NCBI GenBank assembly: GCA_002269645.1 | Contig: NIVC01000769.1 | Coordinates: 186,001-250,000, forward strand | From: Macrostomum lignano | Taxonomy: Eukaryota | Direction: 5' to 3' | DNA: 64,000 nt | Shown here: positions 51,441 to 62,760 of the stretch, one piece after another | Layout: every line of letters starts with the position of its first letter | Numbering within the stretch: the stretch's first letter is position 1 | The notes under the pieces: generated by a model | What the model saw: only the letters and a program-made list of their open reading frames with translations | The model's database searches: none | Told to the model about the DNA's origin: nothing | Made by a program: the position numbers and the translations under genes

Positions 51441-52160
51441 AATGCTTGGCATCTAGATAACCTACACTGATCTCTAGTTTACCCTGTATATCAGCTCGAC
51501 TAGATGCCTAACAGGGAGCCTAGTGTGTATGAAGTCGCAGGTACATATGTATTGCGATCTTATTGTAAATTGATAAGAATTTCGTGCCAATCTGGGCATT
51601 GGGTGCTGAAATCTCGCGCACTTTTCAGAGCAATATAAGTATAAAAAAGTATATTATAGATCGCGTACTGCCAATTTTAATGAGCGGATACTGAACCTCA
51701 GACTGTAAATTATTACACGAGCGTAATGTAGATGTAAATAATTACTGCTTTATTTATACTTGTGTTCCGTGCACAAATTTTCTTAAGTGGATTCCAGCGC
51801 GTACAGCGCACACTGCACCTACTGTACAGTACTTGTAATACTGCGGGAATAAAGTTAAATAGCAAATGATTTGTGAAAAGCGAGCGAGGCATATAATTTT
51901 AGCTCGTAAAATTGTAGTACACGAAAACCGATACCAGAGGGTTTGCTATTTTCTGTATAGGATTCTATAGAGTTCGAACGAATTAGTGACTCCTGTAGCT
52001 CGTACTGCTAGCTTTATGCACTCGAGTAATAAATCAAGGCCTGTTCGGACTCTAAGGGGATTCAATCTGAATATTTCCCTGCGTCCAAATGGCTAGAAGT
52101 TTTTGCTTTGCTTAACGCCTGTCGCGACCGTCTTAGTCTTCTTCAGTTTATCTGCCTCGT

Positions 52161-52590
52161 CTCTGTCTGGTTCAGTCTTGTTATTCTTATCTCTCCCTCA
52201 CTGCCTTCTGATTGGTTCTTCGATCTCGCCTCTTCTCCCAGTCGCGTACTCCACCCGCCCTCGTCTCTGTTTACTGTTTTTTCTCCCTCTATCTGGTTCA
52301 GTCTTGTTATTCTTATCTCTCTCCCTCACTGCCTTCTAATTGGTTCTTCGATCTCGCCTCTTCCCCCAGTCGCGTACTCCACCCGCCCTCGTCTCTGTTT
52401 ACTGTTTTTTCTCCCTCTGTCTGGTTCAGTCTTGTTATTCTTCTCTCTCCCTCACTGCCTTCTGATTGGTTCTTCGATCTCGCCTCTTCTCCCAGTCGCG
52501 TACTCCACCCGCCCTCGTCTCTGTTTACTGTTTTTTCTCCCTCTGTCTGGTTCAGTCTTGTTATTCTTATCTCTCCCTCTGCCTTCTGAT
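52161..52590. repeat. 126-128-bp tandem repeat, about 3.3 copies
   Basis: Units start at 52161, 52287, 52415 and 52541. Confidence 0.92.
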
Positions 52591-52923
52591 TGGCACGAAA
52601 ATCGTGCTTTTCGCTCTACAAAACTTTCCGGATGACCAGATAAATCTCATTACAATCAAACAGTCTATTGAGTATTTTTTTATTTCTCTACAACACCGAT
52701 TAAAAAGGAACTTAACGCTCCGATAGACTATTGAGCTTTTGACCAAACTGAAAGAGTTATGCTATCGCTGATCACCAAGAGGATTAGAGGAAAACATTTT
52801 CAATAAAAATAAACATGAAAAAGTGTAAATCTGTCTGCGTGTTTGATCTAGCTCGCGTCTTGAATCAAACTGAAAAATCCGAACGCAGTCGGGAAGACTT
52901 ATCAAATAGGTGCTGTTAAACCT

Positions 52924-55900
52924 TCACTTGCCAGGCCTGAGCACATTCTGTCGGAAGCTGCTCATCACGTTGCCGCTGGGATAGTAGTAGCAGACAACCA
53001 CAACCTTGTGCGAACCGTCCGCAGCCCGGTGAATCGCCTTGCCGACGCCCAGCTCCTTGGAGTTCTTCCACACCAGCTGGGTGAAGTTGCCTGGCATTGG
53101 ATTGGCGATTGTTTGTCTACTTGAAGTAGTCTAACTGGAGTAGACCATGCTATTAGTTGAGAATTCTTTACTTGAGATTTATAAAGACTGTCCATAGCCA
53201 AACTTCCACTCGCTTCCATACCGGTCACAGACACTTCTACACCGGTTACAGGCACGCTTTCACACCGGTCACAGATACGCTTCTACACCGGTCACTGACA
53301 CGCTTCTACACCGGTTACAGACACGCTTCCACACCAGCCTGGTACATTCTCTATGCCAATACTTACACACAGAAATCATAGACAGTTTCCATAATAATTA
53401 TTCTAAAATCAAAGTCGATAAATCCGTACAATCACCTCGGAAAAAAACTTACAATGGCTTCAAAGATATTCGCAAGTGTCTCTCGAAAGCTACACGTGCT
53501 GTGAGCCTTGGATATGCAATACAGTTAAATCTCTTGCTCATCTTGCTAGCGAAACTCACTACGCTCGTACTAGCTCGTATTTAGATTGGCACTTACCAAT
53601 TCCATTGATATCGGAGGGCTCCTCGTTATATCGAAATTTCTCCACCTCGTTGTACCAGTGGTCCACCACGTCGATGGCTGCAAAATGGCATATGATTCAA
53701 CTATGATTTGATACGAGTAAATTAGATTAGAAGCCTTTTTGCTCTTAGATTTATTATTTTAAGCTCGTCCCAGCCCAAGCCTAGTCCCGCAGCAAAGCCA
53801 TGCAGAGAGAGTCCCAAGTTCCCAGTCCCGCAGCCAGCCAGAAACAGTCCCCCAGTCCCGCAGCACAGCTAGAGGCAGTCTCAGTTCCATGGGTCTCAAA
53901 ATAAAGCCAGAGAGACAGTCCCGGTCTCCAGGCCCGCTCATAGGCCGCACCATTGTAGTCGGTCTCGCCGTTACTCCAGCGGCTGGCGATGTTCTCGCCC
54001 AGCCTTTCCGTCCCGTGAGTGGCGCTGCTGTTGTACAGCTTGGACTTGCCGCACAGCTCGGTGGCGAATGCCTGCGCCTTGGCTGACAGCTCCGCGTTCA
54101 GAGCCAGCCCGGGAACTCCGTGCTGCATCCGGTGATGGTTGTGCCGCTCCAGCACCTCGTGGCCGAATTGGGACATTTGGCTTTCCTAAACGATGGGTTG
54201 GTTCAGCCGTGTTGGATTTATTGTCTGTGTGCGATTAGTTGCATAGGGATTGTCCTAGGGCTGGGGTGGAATCTTGTCTAGTCTGTGACCGCGGTGTGGA
54301 AGCGTGTCTGTGACCGCGGTGTGGAAGCGTGTCTGTGACCGCGGTGTGGAAGCGTGTCTGTGACCGCGGTGTGGAAGCGTGTCTGTGACCGGTGTGGAAG
54401 CGTTCTGTAACTGGTGTGGAAGCGTGTCTGACCGGTGTGGAAGCGTGTCTGTGACCGGTGTGGAAGCGTGTCTGTGACCGGTGTGAAAGCGTGTCTGTGA
54501 CCGGTGTGGAAGCGTGTCTGTGACCGGTGTGGAAGCGTGTCTGTGACCGGTGTGGAAGCGTTCTGTAACTGGTGTGGAAGCGTGTCTGACCGGTGTGGAA
54601 GCGTGTCTGTGACCGGTGTGGAAGCGTGTCTGTGACCGGTGTGGAAGCGTGTCTGTGACCGGTGTGGAAGCGTGTCTGTGACCGGTGTGAAAGCGTGTCT
54701 GTGACCGGTGTGAAAGCGTGTCTGTGACCGGTGTGGAAGCGTGTCTGTAACCGGTGTGGAAGCGTGTTTGTGACCGGTGTGGAAGCTGGTCTGTGACCAG
54801 TATGGAAGCTGGTATGTGACCGGTGCGGAAGCGTGTCGGTGACCGGTGTGGAAGCGTGTCTGTGACCGGTGTGAAAGCGTGTCTGTGACCGGTGTGGAAG
54901 CGTGACTGTGACTGGTGTGGAAGCTGGTCTGGAAGTCTCAACTGCTTGAAGAACATTTGTTATTAATTTTCAATATTTTCAAAGATTTCTTTGCGAAACT
55001 GATTGATTTACGACTCCACAGCAGGTGGTTCTCCTGCTACCAGGGTCCGGCATATTGCTTGACCAGTCAATATCTGCTCTTGTCAAGTCCGATTTGACTC
55101 ATGCATGAGGAATTCAATTTCGCAAGTTGAGGCAGTTGATAAGGGAAAAAGGAAAATAAATGAAAAAACTTTCTGAGGAAATTAAAAAATTCTTTCGTGA
55201 CTTCAGAGCAGAATGCTTTTGCGCGTCAAATTATTTTCGCAATATCCGGTGCCCAGCAGCTCCTCCGCCGACTCACCGTGGCGTCCAGAACTTTGCCTTG
55301 CGTTGCTTGCTGCTGCTTCTGCTGTTGCTGCTGTTTTTCCGGTGGCGGCCTCAGTTCCGGCTTCTCCTGCCGACGCTCAACGATTTTCTCTTTCTCCTGT
55401 TGGGTTTAATTTAGTGCGGCTGATAATTCAGGGTGGCTCGCTGATTTCATTTTCAGGGAAGCTATGCGTCTTAAGCAAAGAGTTCATAAACAAAGAAAAT
55501 TTCGAGTAAGCTTAATTGACTGATTGAGCCCTTCAGTTTAGTTCAGTTTAGTTTAGGTTAGTTTAGTTTAGTTTAGTTTAGTTCAGTTTAGTTAGTTTAT
55601 TATATTTTAGTTTAGTTTAGTTTAGTTTAGTTGGTTTATTTTAGTTTAGTTTAGTTTAGTTTAGTTTAATTTAGTTCAGTTTAGTTCAGTTTAGTTCAGT
55701 TTAGTTAGTTTATTTTAGTTTAGTTTAGTTTAGTTTAGATTAGTTTAGTCTATTCTAGTCTAGTTTAGTCTAGTTTAGTTCAGTTTAGTTTGTTTTGTTT
55801 AGTTTAGTTCAGTTTAGTCTAGTTTATTTTAGTTTTGTTTTGTTTTGTTTTCTTCAGTCTAGTTCAGTTTAGTTTAGTTTACTTTACTTTAGACTTGTTT

Positions 55901-57953
55901 CCAAGAGTTTAGGTGGGCTAAGCTAGACAGGCAGACCTTAGGTAGGCAACTTAGGAAAGTTTTGTTCAGACAAGTGAAGCCTAAGACTCTCTTCTCCCGC
56001 GCGCCCCTAGGACCCCCGCTGTCTCACATTTCCCTGCTCGTCCACGTAGCGAATCCGCTCCCGTTCAACCACAAAAAGTCGGCCATCCTCGCCGCGGACC
56101 TCCTCCCGTTCAATTTTGCTGCTGGTGACGCGGCAGCCGGCGGCGGCCAGCTGCTTGGTGACGTCCGAGCCCGCCGACTCCACCGGCCGAACGTTGGCGA
56201 CGTAGCGGCCGCGCACGTTGCCAGGAGGTCGGTAGTGCGCCACCACCACCACCCGGCTGCCGCTCTGGGCGCGCCCGACGCCAACCTCGCGAGTTCCCAG
56301 CCACACCAGCTGGGTGAAGTTGCCGGCCTTGCCGCTGCCGTCCGCGAAGTTGTACTTGTCGATGTCGCGGTACCACTGGCTGACCACCTCTTCGGCTGGG
56401 AATGGAGAGTGGGCCAGCTCTGGAGTAAGACTGGGCCGTTTCTAGAGTGAGACTGGCATGGCTCGGGGATGAGACTGGTCCGGCTCTGGGGTGAGACTGG
56501 ACCGGCTCTGGGGTGAGACTGGACCGGCTCTGGGGTGAGAATGGGCCGTTTCTAGGGTGAGACTGAGTCAGCTCTAGGGTGAGACAAGATTAGTTGGCTC
56601 TCTAAGATGGGACAAGCTCTAGTTCAAGGTGAGATATAATAACTCTGGCTTCAAAGACAACAGAAGACCAACTGCGAAGTGAGGATACGACCAAAACTAA
56701 TCCAAGGCGAACCAAATAGATTTTAATACGGCCAGATGAAATTCTGGACCGAGACTGGGCCGGCTTCGCTATAGAAGAGGCCCTGTTGACGTTGAAGCCC
56801 ATGCTAAACCCGAATTATTCTGTGCAGTTTACAGCTAGAAATTTTCCAACGCGCATTTTCCAGATTGGAACAGGGCCGGCCGCCTGTGGCAAAACTTGCC
56901 AACGCGAGCTCGCGCAAATACCGATCGATGTGCGAAGTTGTTGCACACCCGAAAGCCGAGGCACTGAATGGGGTCACAGCACAGTCGGTCCGGCGCTTCA
57001 TTCATTTATGCTGGTTGGGCTTCTCGAATCAGACTAAGCCACCCTTTTGCCCAGACTGACTTGCTTGCCACTTGGATGGAGGGCGCAGATCAGCTCTGCG
57101 GTAACACGCGTCTGGCTCTCGCGCCACGACCCCCGCATTCATTTGGGGGCTTGACCGGGAGGTTGTCGTGCGATTCGCAGCCATGAAGACTAACCAGCCA
57201 AGGCACAGAGAGTGTACATGACTGAGGATTAGAAAGTCAGGGCCGCTGTGCACCCTGTGTGAGCGTGTGCTTGAGTGCGTGCCTGCGGACAGTATTGGCG
57301 CTTGTCAGGAGTCAGCGGAATGGGCACAATTGCCTCAACGCTGGCTGTGGGACGATGTCGAGTGTCAGAGCCGTCTCACCTGAGATCTCGGCTGCCTGGC
57401 CCTCGGCGCTCCGCATGCTGATGCACTCGCCACATTCGCCTCGCTTGGCCTCGGCGCTGTTCTCCAAGCTGCCCTTGGCCGCCAGGGCCTCCGCCCAGGC
57501 CTGCGCCGTCCGGTCAAGGTCGCTGGCAGCTCGGAGAGCCGCTGCACCGTGTAGGGCCCGGCGACTGTTCTGCTGCTGCATCAGCGACTGGCGGAACTCT
57601 GACAGACTCATGACCTGCGGTGTGTCAGTGTGGGAGGGGACTGGCAGAACTCTGACAGACTCATGGCCTGCGGTGTGTCAGTGTGGGAGGGGACTGGCGG
57701 AACTCTGACAGACTCATGGCCTGCGGTGTGTCAGTGTGGGAGGGGACTGGCGGAACTCTGACAGACTCATGGCCTGCGGTGTGTCAGTGTGGGAGGGGAC
57801 TGGCGGAACTCTGACAGACTCATGGCCTGCGGTGTGTCAGTGTGGGAGGGGATTGGCGGAACTCTGACAGACTCATGACCTGCGGTGTGTCAGTGTGGGA
57901 GGGGACTGGCGGAACTCTGACAGACTCACGGCCTGCTGAGCGGTGGGACCCAT
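52924..57953 (-). CDS. GAPR-1/GLIPR2-like CAP (SCP/TAPS, group-2 VAL-type) protein with two CAP domains, about 409 aa, no signal peptide
   Basis: Exons 57953-57930 (putative, MGPTAQQA), 57614-57380, 56395-56028, 55396-55277, 54185-53951, 53677-53597, 53090-52924, with consistent phases. Two copies of the HG..L..AQA..GE..WY..FTQLVW..GVG..VV..Y.P.GNV pattern are joined by a charged/Gln linker. The start may instead be the ATG at 57611. Confidence 0.88.
53211..53335. repeat. 23-bp minisatellite, inverted copy of the 54281-54925 array
   Basis: Unit ACGCTTCCACACCGGTCACAGAC is the reverse complement of GTCTGTGACCGGTGTGGAAGCGT. Confidence 0.9.
54281..54925. repeat. 23-bp minisatellite (CAP-gene intron)
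   Basis: Unit GCGTGTCTGTGACCGGTGTGGAA, about 28 copies. Confidence 0.96.
55535..55890. repeat. (TTTAG/TTCAG)n pentamer microsatellite
   Basis: 5-bp periodic AGTTT repeat. Confidence 0.93.
56445..56585. repeat. 22-bp minisatellite
   Basis: Unit GAGACTGGACCGGCTCTGGGGT, about 6 copies. Confidence 0.8.
57082..57360 (+). mobile_element. tRNA-derived SINE family A, near full length, in CAP-gene intron
   Basis: Head, body and 3' tail (CAGGAGTCAGCGGAATGGG) are collinear with the 59770-60050 copy. The B box is deleted. Confidence 0.75.
57587..57936. repeat. 53-bp tandem repeat spanning a splice junction
   Basis: Units start at 57587, 57640, 57693, 57746, 57799 and 57852, with a partial unit at 57905. 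Confidence 0.97.
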
Positions 57954-58479
57954 GTGTGACTAGTGACATTTTTACCTATCAGATTAGAATGGCACACTGG
58001 AAAAACTACCTACGAGTATTAGTATCCATTGCTCTGCCTCTTAATCCCCAACGATCGGGCGAACGCTTATCCAGCTTTGTATCTGCACTCGAGTGAAATT
58101 AATTAAACCCGAGCAGAGATTGGTGGCCTGAATTGTTGACACAGGTGACAGCGCATGCGCGACTATGTAAAGTTAGACGATAATTTGGACGATAAATCAA
58201 AGCTTTTTCACGTCGTTTCTCTACCATGTCTCTACCTTTGCTTGGTCTCTTTGTCGTTCCTTTACTATCGATTTACTTACTAGTCACAGGGGGTAACAGG
58301 GGGACTGCTTCGTAAGTCTGCTCACGTGGTTTGTGCGCGCAATTAACGCGGAAGATGATTTCATGGATAGCCGGTTTTCGTTGCAAGATGCAGTAGCGAG
58401 ATGGGAGAGGACTTCAGTTTTGTAGCACTAAATTGGCCATATCTCGCCTTCCGAGCCTTGGGATTGCAGATGAAGCAAG

Positions 58480-58610
58480 TGTGCGACTGCGGGCCTGCGT
58501 ACAGTATTGGCACGCTTGCATGCGCTTAGGAGTCAGCGGACTGGGCAGAATTGCCTCACCGCGTGGTTGTGGGGGCGATGTTGCCGAAGACATTGCGCCA
58601 GGCTGCCTGA
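58480..58610 (+). mobile_element. SINE family A, 5'-truncated tail-only copy
   Basis: CAGTATTGGC..AGGAGTCAGCGGACTGGGCAGAATTGCCTCA matches 57287-57345. Confidence 0.6.
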
Positions 58611-59769
58611 GTAAAGTTTGAAAACTCGAACTCATCCATTTTGTTTAACTTGTGAATTAATTTAGTCCAAAACATTCCTCATTTTTGCAGCTAGGTAGGC
58701 GAGATATTGTCAATTTGGTGCTAAATAGCGGCGTTATTTCTATCTCGAAAATGCATTTTGCCGCGAGTTGGGAGTGGCTTTGATGTACAGATTTTGCAAG
58801 AGAGATTTTTAATCAGAGCATCAAGATAATTTCTGAACTGAACGAAAGCGATGAGGGTGGAGCTCAAACTGTTTACTCATCACTTACCTAATGCTGTATG
58901 CCGCTCGGTGCTGCTTGGTATAGCTGACAGTTGAGGCCCGGGTGTCTAACTCTCCGCCGATGCCAACTATTTATTAATGGAAATTCGAGTCTCTGCGGAA
59001 TCGGACCGCCTGCGCTGGCTTTATTTAGGACGGCCCGCCCTCCTCCTCACTTCTCTTTCTGCCCCCCCCTCTGCCCCCTCTCTGTCCTCACCGAAACTGA
59101 CAGTCAACCCCAAGCAAGCCTATTTGGGCGGGTTTGCCCATCCATCTGCGCGCATCTATAAATAGCCTGTGCTGCTAGGGGGTGCGTGCGGCAGCAGCAG
59201 CGCGTGAGTCAGCGTTTGACCCCCCCCCCTTAGCCTGAGTACTCAACATGGGCTGGCACCGAGGTAAAAAGGTACGAGTGAAACAGGTTTGGGTGGTGGA
59301 GAGAAGAGCTGGCCTGAGCAACAGAACGGCTGGACGCAAGAGACAAGAACAGCCACCCCATGGGTTTGTCAGTTCAAAGAAGGGCGGACGGGAAACAGAA
59401 GGTATGGTGAAGAAAAACATGCAGGGCTGTCCGTCGCTGCGAGCGTCGAAAATGTGTGCGCTCTATTGGAATTCCACGCCTGAATTGCCGCATACATGAA
59501 TAGAATGCGTAAACAACCGCTTAAAAGTAATTTAAATTCCTTTGAGACTACTGAATTAAGTACTACCGATTGCGGGTAGGCCTGTTCATGCATAAAAACA
59601 GTTTGGGAAAATTTATAAAAACATTAATGCAGCTTTTGGCTATCAATTCAAGTACCGATGATCTGCCTACATGGAAACAAATGTCCGGATATGCACCCCA
59701 TGTCTCAGCGTCGGTCTTAAATAGTAGTTTTGACAGGAGGGTTGTGATCACGTTGATGCAACGTCTCTG

Positions 59770-60050
59770 GCAAAAACTTAACACAACCAGCGGTCGATTC
59801 CACCCATTTCACTGACTCCTGAGCACACGGATACACAGGGTGCACAGCAGTCCGGACTTTCTAATCGTCATGCATGTGCACTCTCTGTGCCTTAAGGCTG
59901 GCCCTCATGGCTGTGAATCGCATGACAACCTCCCAGCCAATTTTCGTGCACACGAGCCCCAAATGAATGCGACCGCGCACGGAATCGAACCGGGGGTCGC
60001 CGCGCGAGAGTCGGACGCGTTCCTGCTCCGCTGAGCTGCTCCGTCCACAT
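59770..60050 (-). mobile_element. tRNA-derived SINE family A, most intact copy
   Basis: Minus strand: A box GGAGCAGCTCAGCGG, tRNA-Glu-like CTCTCG loop, intact B box GGTTCGATTCC (59991-59981), then the shared body and tail. Confidence 0.82.
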
Positions 60051-60419
60051 CTTAGTGTCTCTGAGTCTGTCTGTCAATTGCCGGAAAATGTTCGGAATGG
60101 ACAACAAAGCGAACGGAACTTTTTATTCGTTTCAAGTAAGTTTTTTGTTAACAGAGAATACATCAGCGCATGAGGGAGTGCGCTGATTGTTCTTCAAGAA
60201 ATAATCACCTGACTAATATACGGAAGCAATTAATCACAGCAAGCCTCCTAACACCTAACAACAGCTACTAAAAGATCAACAGTTCCTCGTCTTCTGCTCG
60301 TTTTCTTCACCAGCGCCAGTCAAGATCGCTCAAAAATAAAAGAAAAACACAATATAATGGGAAACTGAAACGACAGCTACAAGAAATCACTAAAGCATCA
60401 TTCAAGTTTTATCGGGTAC

Positions 60420-61450
60420 TCAGACTGTGTCTGCGTCGATCCACTCGTCCACGGTTTCGAAGTCCACTGACCCGTTGGTGGCTGAAGCTGCGCGCTCCCG
60501 CACTTTGTTGGTTGCCTCTGCGGGCACCAGCGGGATGAGCTCTGGCTGGGCCGGAGGCTGCTGCGGCACATTCTGCTGCTGCTGCTGCTGCTGTTGCAGC
60601 TGTCTTTGACGAACCCGAGCCTCGTTGCTAGCCGTCGCTTGAGGAGCCTCCGCCTCGTCGGGCGCTAGCAACCGCGTGCAGCCAAGCAGCCGGAACAGCT
60701 CGGTACGGAAGCTGTCGTTCAGGAAGCCGTAAAGCAGCGGATTGGCGCAGCTTGACAGTAGGATGAGCATCAGCGAGACGCTCTGGATCAGCTGCAGTGG
60801 CACCTGCTGGCGGTTGATGCGGTCCGACTGGCCGTCCGTTTGAGTTGCGTTCGTCAGGTCGATGCGCCACTCCTGTGGAAATGTTGGCGGGTCTATGCAG
60901 CTATTTGCTTGTCTATCTGTTTACCTACCTACCTACCTACCTACCTACCTACCTACCTACCTACCTACCTACCTACCTGAAAGTCGTTGAAGATGTTGAA
61001 CACGGTGAGGGGCAGCCAGGACAGGGCGAACAGCAGGCTGATGGCCAGCAGAATGCCGTTGGTCCGCCGGTGCCGCCGCTTCTCCAGCTGGATGCGGCTG
61101 AGCTGGTAGGCGGACTGGCCGCTCTCCCGCCTGTGGCGGATTCTCTCCCTAAGCCGGGCGTGGATGCGGCCGTAGGCGGTCACCAGCATCAGCAGCGGGA
61201 TCAGGTACTGGACGACCATGGTGGCCAGGCTGTACACCAGCTTGGCCTGTCTGAGCAGTCGGCTAGACGAATCCGACGGGATGATCTCGCTGCAGATGTG
61301 CACCACCCGGGGCAGCTCCAGCGCGTTCTGCACCACCCGGGCGAACAGCAGCAGCGGCGAGGCCAGCAGGGCGGCAGCCGCCCAGATGCCCAGGGCGCAA
61401 GCCAGGAGGCGACCGCGGGACAGCGACAGCTGGCTGGGGTGCACGATCGC
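60420..61450 (-). CDS. Rhodopsin-class neuropeptide GPCR, NPY/NPF-receptor-like, 5'-partial (end of TM3 loop to C-terminus)
   Basis: Exons 61450-60977 (AIVHP..IWAAAALLASP..C.E..QYLIPLLML..LSWLPLTVFNIFNDFQ) and 60872-60420 (SSCANPLLYGFLNDSFRTEL). WLPLTVFN and NPLLYGFLN are NPY-receptor-like. No TM1-3 exons were found in the window. Confidence 0.88.
60922..60977. repeat. (TACC)14 = (GTAG)n on the GPCR sense strand, at the donor site
   Basis: 14 copies abutting the exon end at 60977. Confidence 0.95.
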
Positions 61451-61595
61451 CTGCGGACGGGTTTTGTCGTGATGTGCATCCCCATCCCTACGGTGCAAGT
61501 CGGATTTTTATATCGAGATATAAAGCTGCTGAATTATGCGACTTGTGAGTGATCTCTTGGTGGATGCAGCCCACAGATACTACGCTCGTATATGC

Positions 61596-62405
61596 TATGA
61601 TTGATTGACACACCTAGGATACTACTATCAATGACTGACACACCTAGGATACTACTATCAATGATTGACACACCTAGGATACAACTATCAATGATTGACA
61701 CACCTAGGATACTACTATCAATGATTGACACACCTAGGATACTACTATCAATGATTGACACACCTAGGATACTACTATCAATGACTGACACACCTAGGAT
61801 ACTACTATCAATGACTGACACACCTAGGATACTACTATCAATGACTGACACACCTAGGATACTACTATCAATGACTGACACACCTAGGATACTACTATCA
61901 ATGACTGACACACCTAGGATACTACTATCAATGATTGACACACCTAGGATACTACTATCAATGACTGACACACCTAGGATACTACTATCAATGACTGACA
62001 CACCTAGGATACTACTATCAATGATTGACACACCTAGGATACTACTATCAATGATTGACACACCTAGGATACTACTATCAATGACTGACACACCTAGGAT
62101 ACTACTATCAATGACTGACACACCTAGGATACTACTATCAATGACTGACACACCTAGGATACTACTATCAATGATTGACACACCTAGGATACTACTATCA
62201 ATGACTGACACACCTAGGATACTACTATCAATGATTGACACACCTAGGATACTACTATCAATGACTGACACACCTAGGATACTACTATCAATGATTGACA
62301 CACCTAGGATACTACTATCAATGACTGACACACCTAGGATACTACTATCAATGACTGACACACCTAGGATACTACTATCAATGATTGACACACCTAGGAT
62401 ACTAG
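61596..62405. repeat. 30-bp near-perfect minisatellite (GPCR intron)
   Basis: Unit GACTGACACACCTAGGATACTACTATCAAT, about 27 copies. Confidence 0.98.
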
Positions 62406-62639
62406 GACACCTGGAGGACAAAAGAAGAATTCCTACGTCACTGAGACAAAAAAATACAAGCGTCGATGGAGTTAATTCGAGATCTTCTGAAGAAGACATG
62501 ATAAAAAGAGGAACGCCGTTCACTTATTTTATAACTGGGCTGCTCAGTTCTGAGTCCTCTTCAGTTAATCACTCGGGAGAGAAAAAAGGGACATCGGGAC
62601 CTCTCACAATGATGGACAAAAAGGGGCAGAAAAAGTGTG

Positions 62640-62760
62640 CATAAATGCGTGGCTGCAAACGGTATTAGCGCGCTTGCATTTGCTCAGGAGTCGGTGGAAT
62701 GGGCAGAATTGCCTCAGCGCTGGTTGGATTCACGATTTCGCCATAGGCGTTGTGCCAGGG
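62640..62760 (+). mobile_element. SINE family A, 5'-truncated tail-only copy
   Basis: CAGGAGTCGGTGGAATGGGCAGAATTGCCTCAGCGCTGG matches the tail of the other copies. Confidence 0.6.

Noticed and set aside
61534-62644. 329- and 347-aa ORFs on both strands
   Set aside because: They come from a 30-bp intronic minisatellite, and the unique tails show no recognisable domain.
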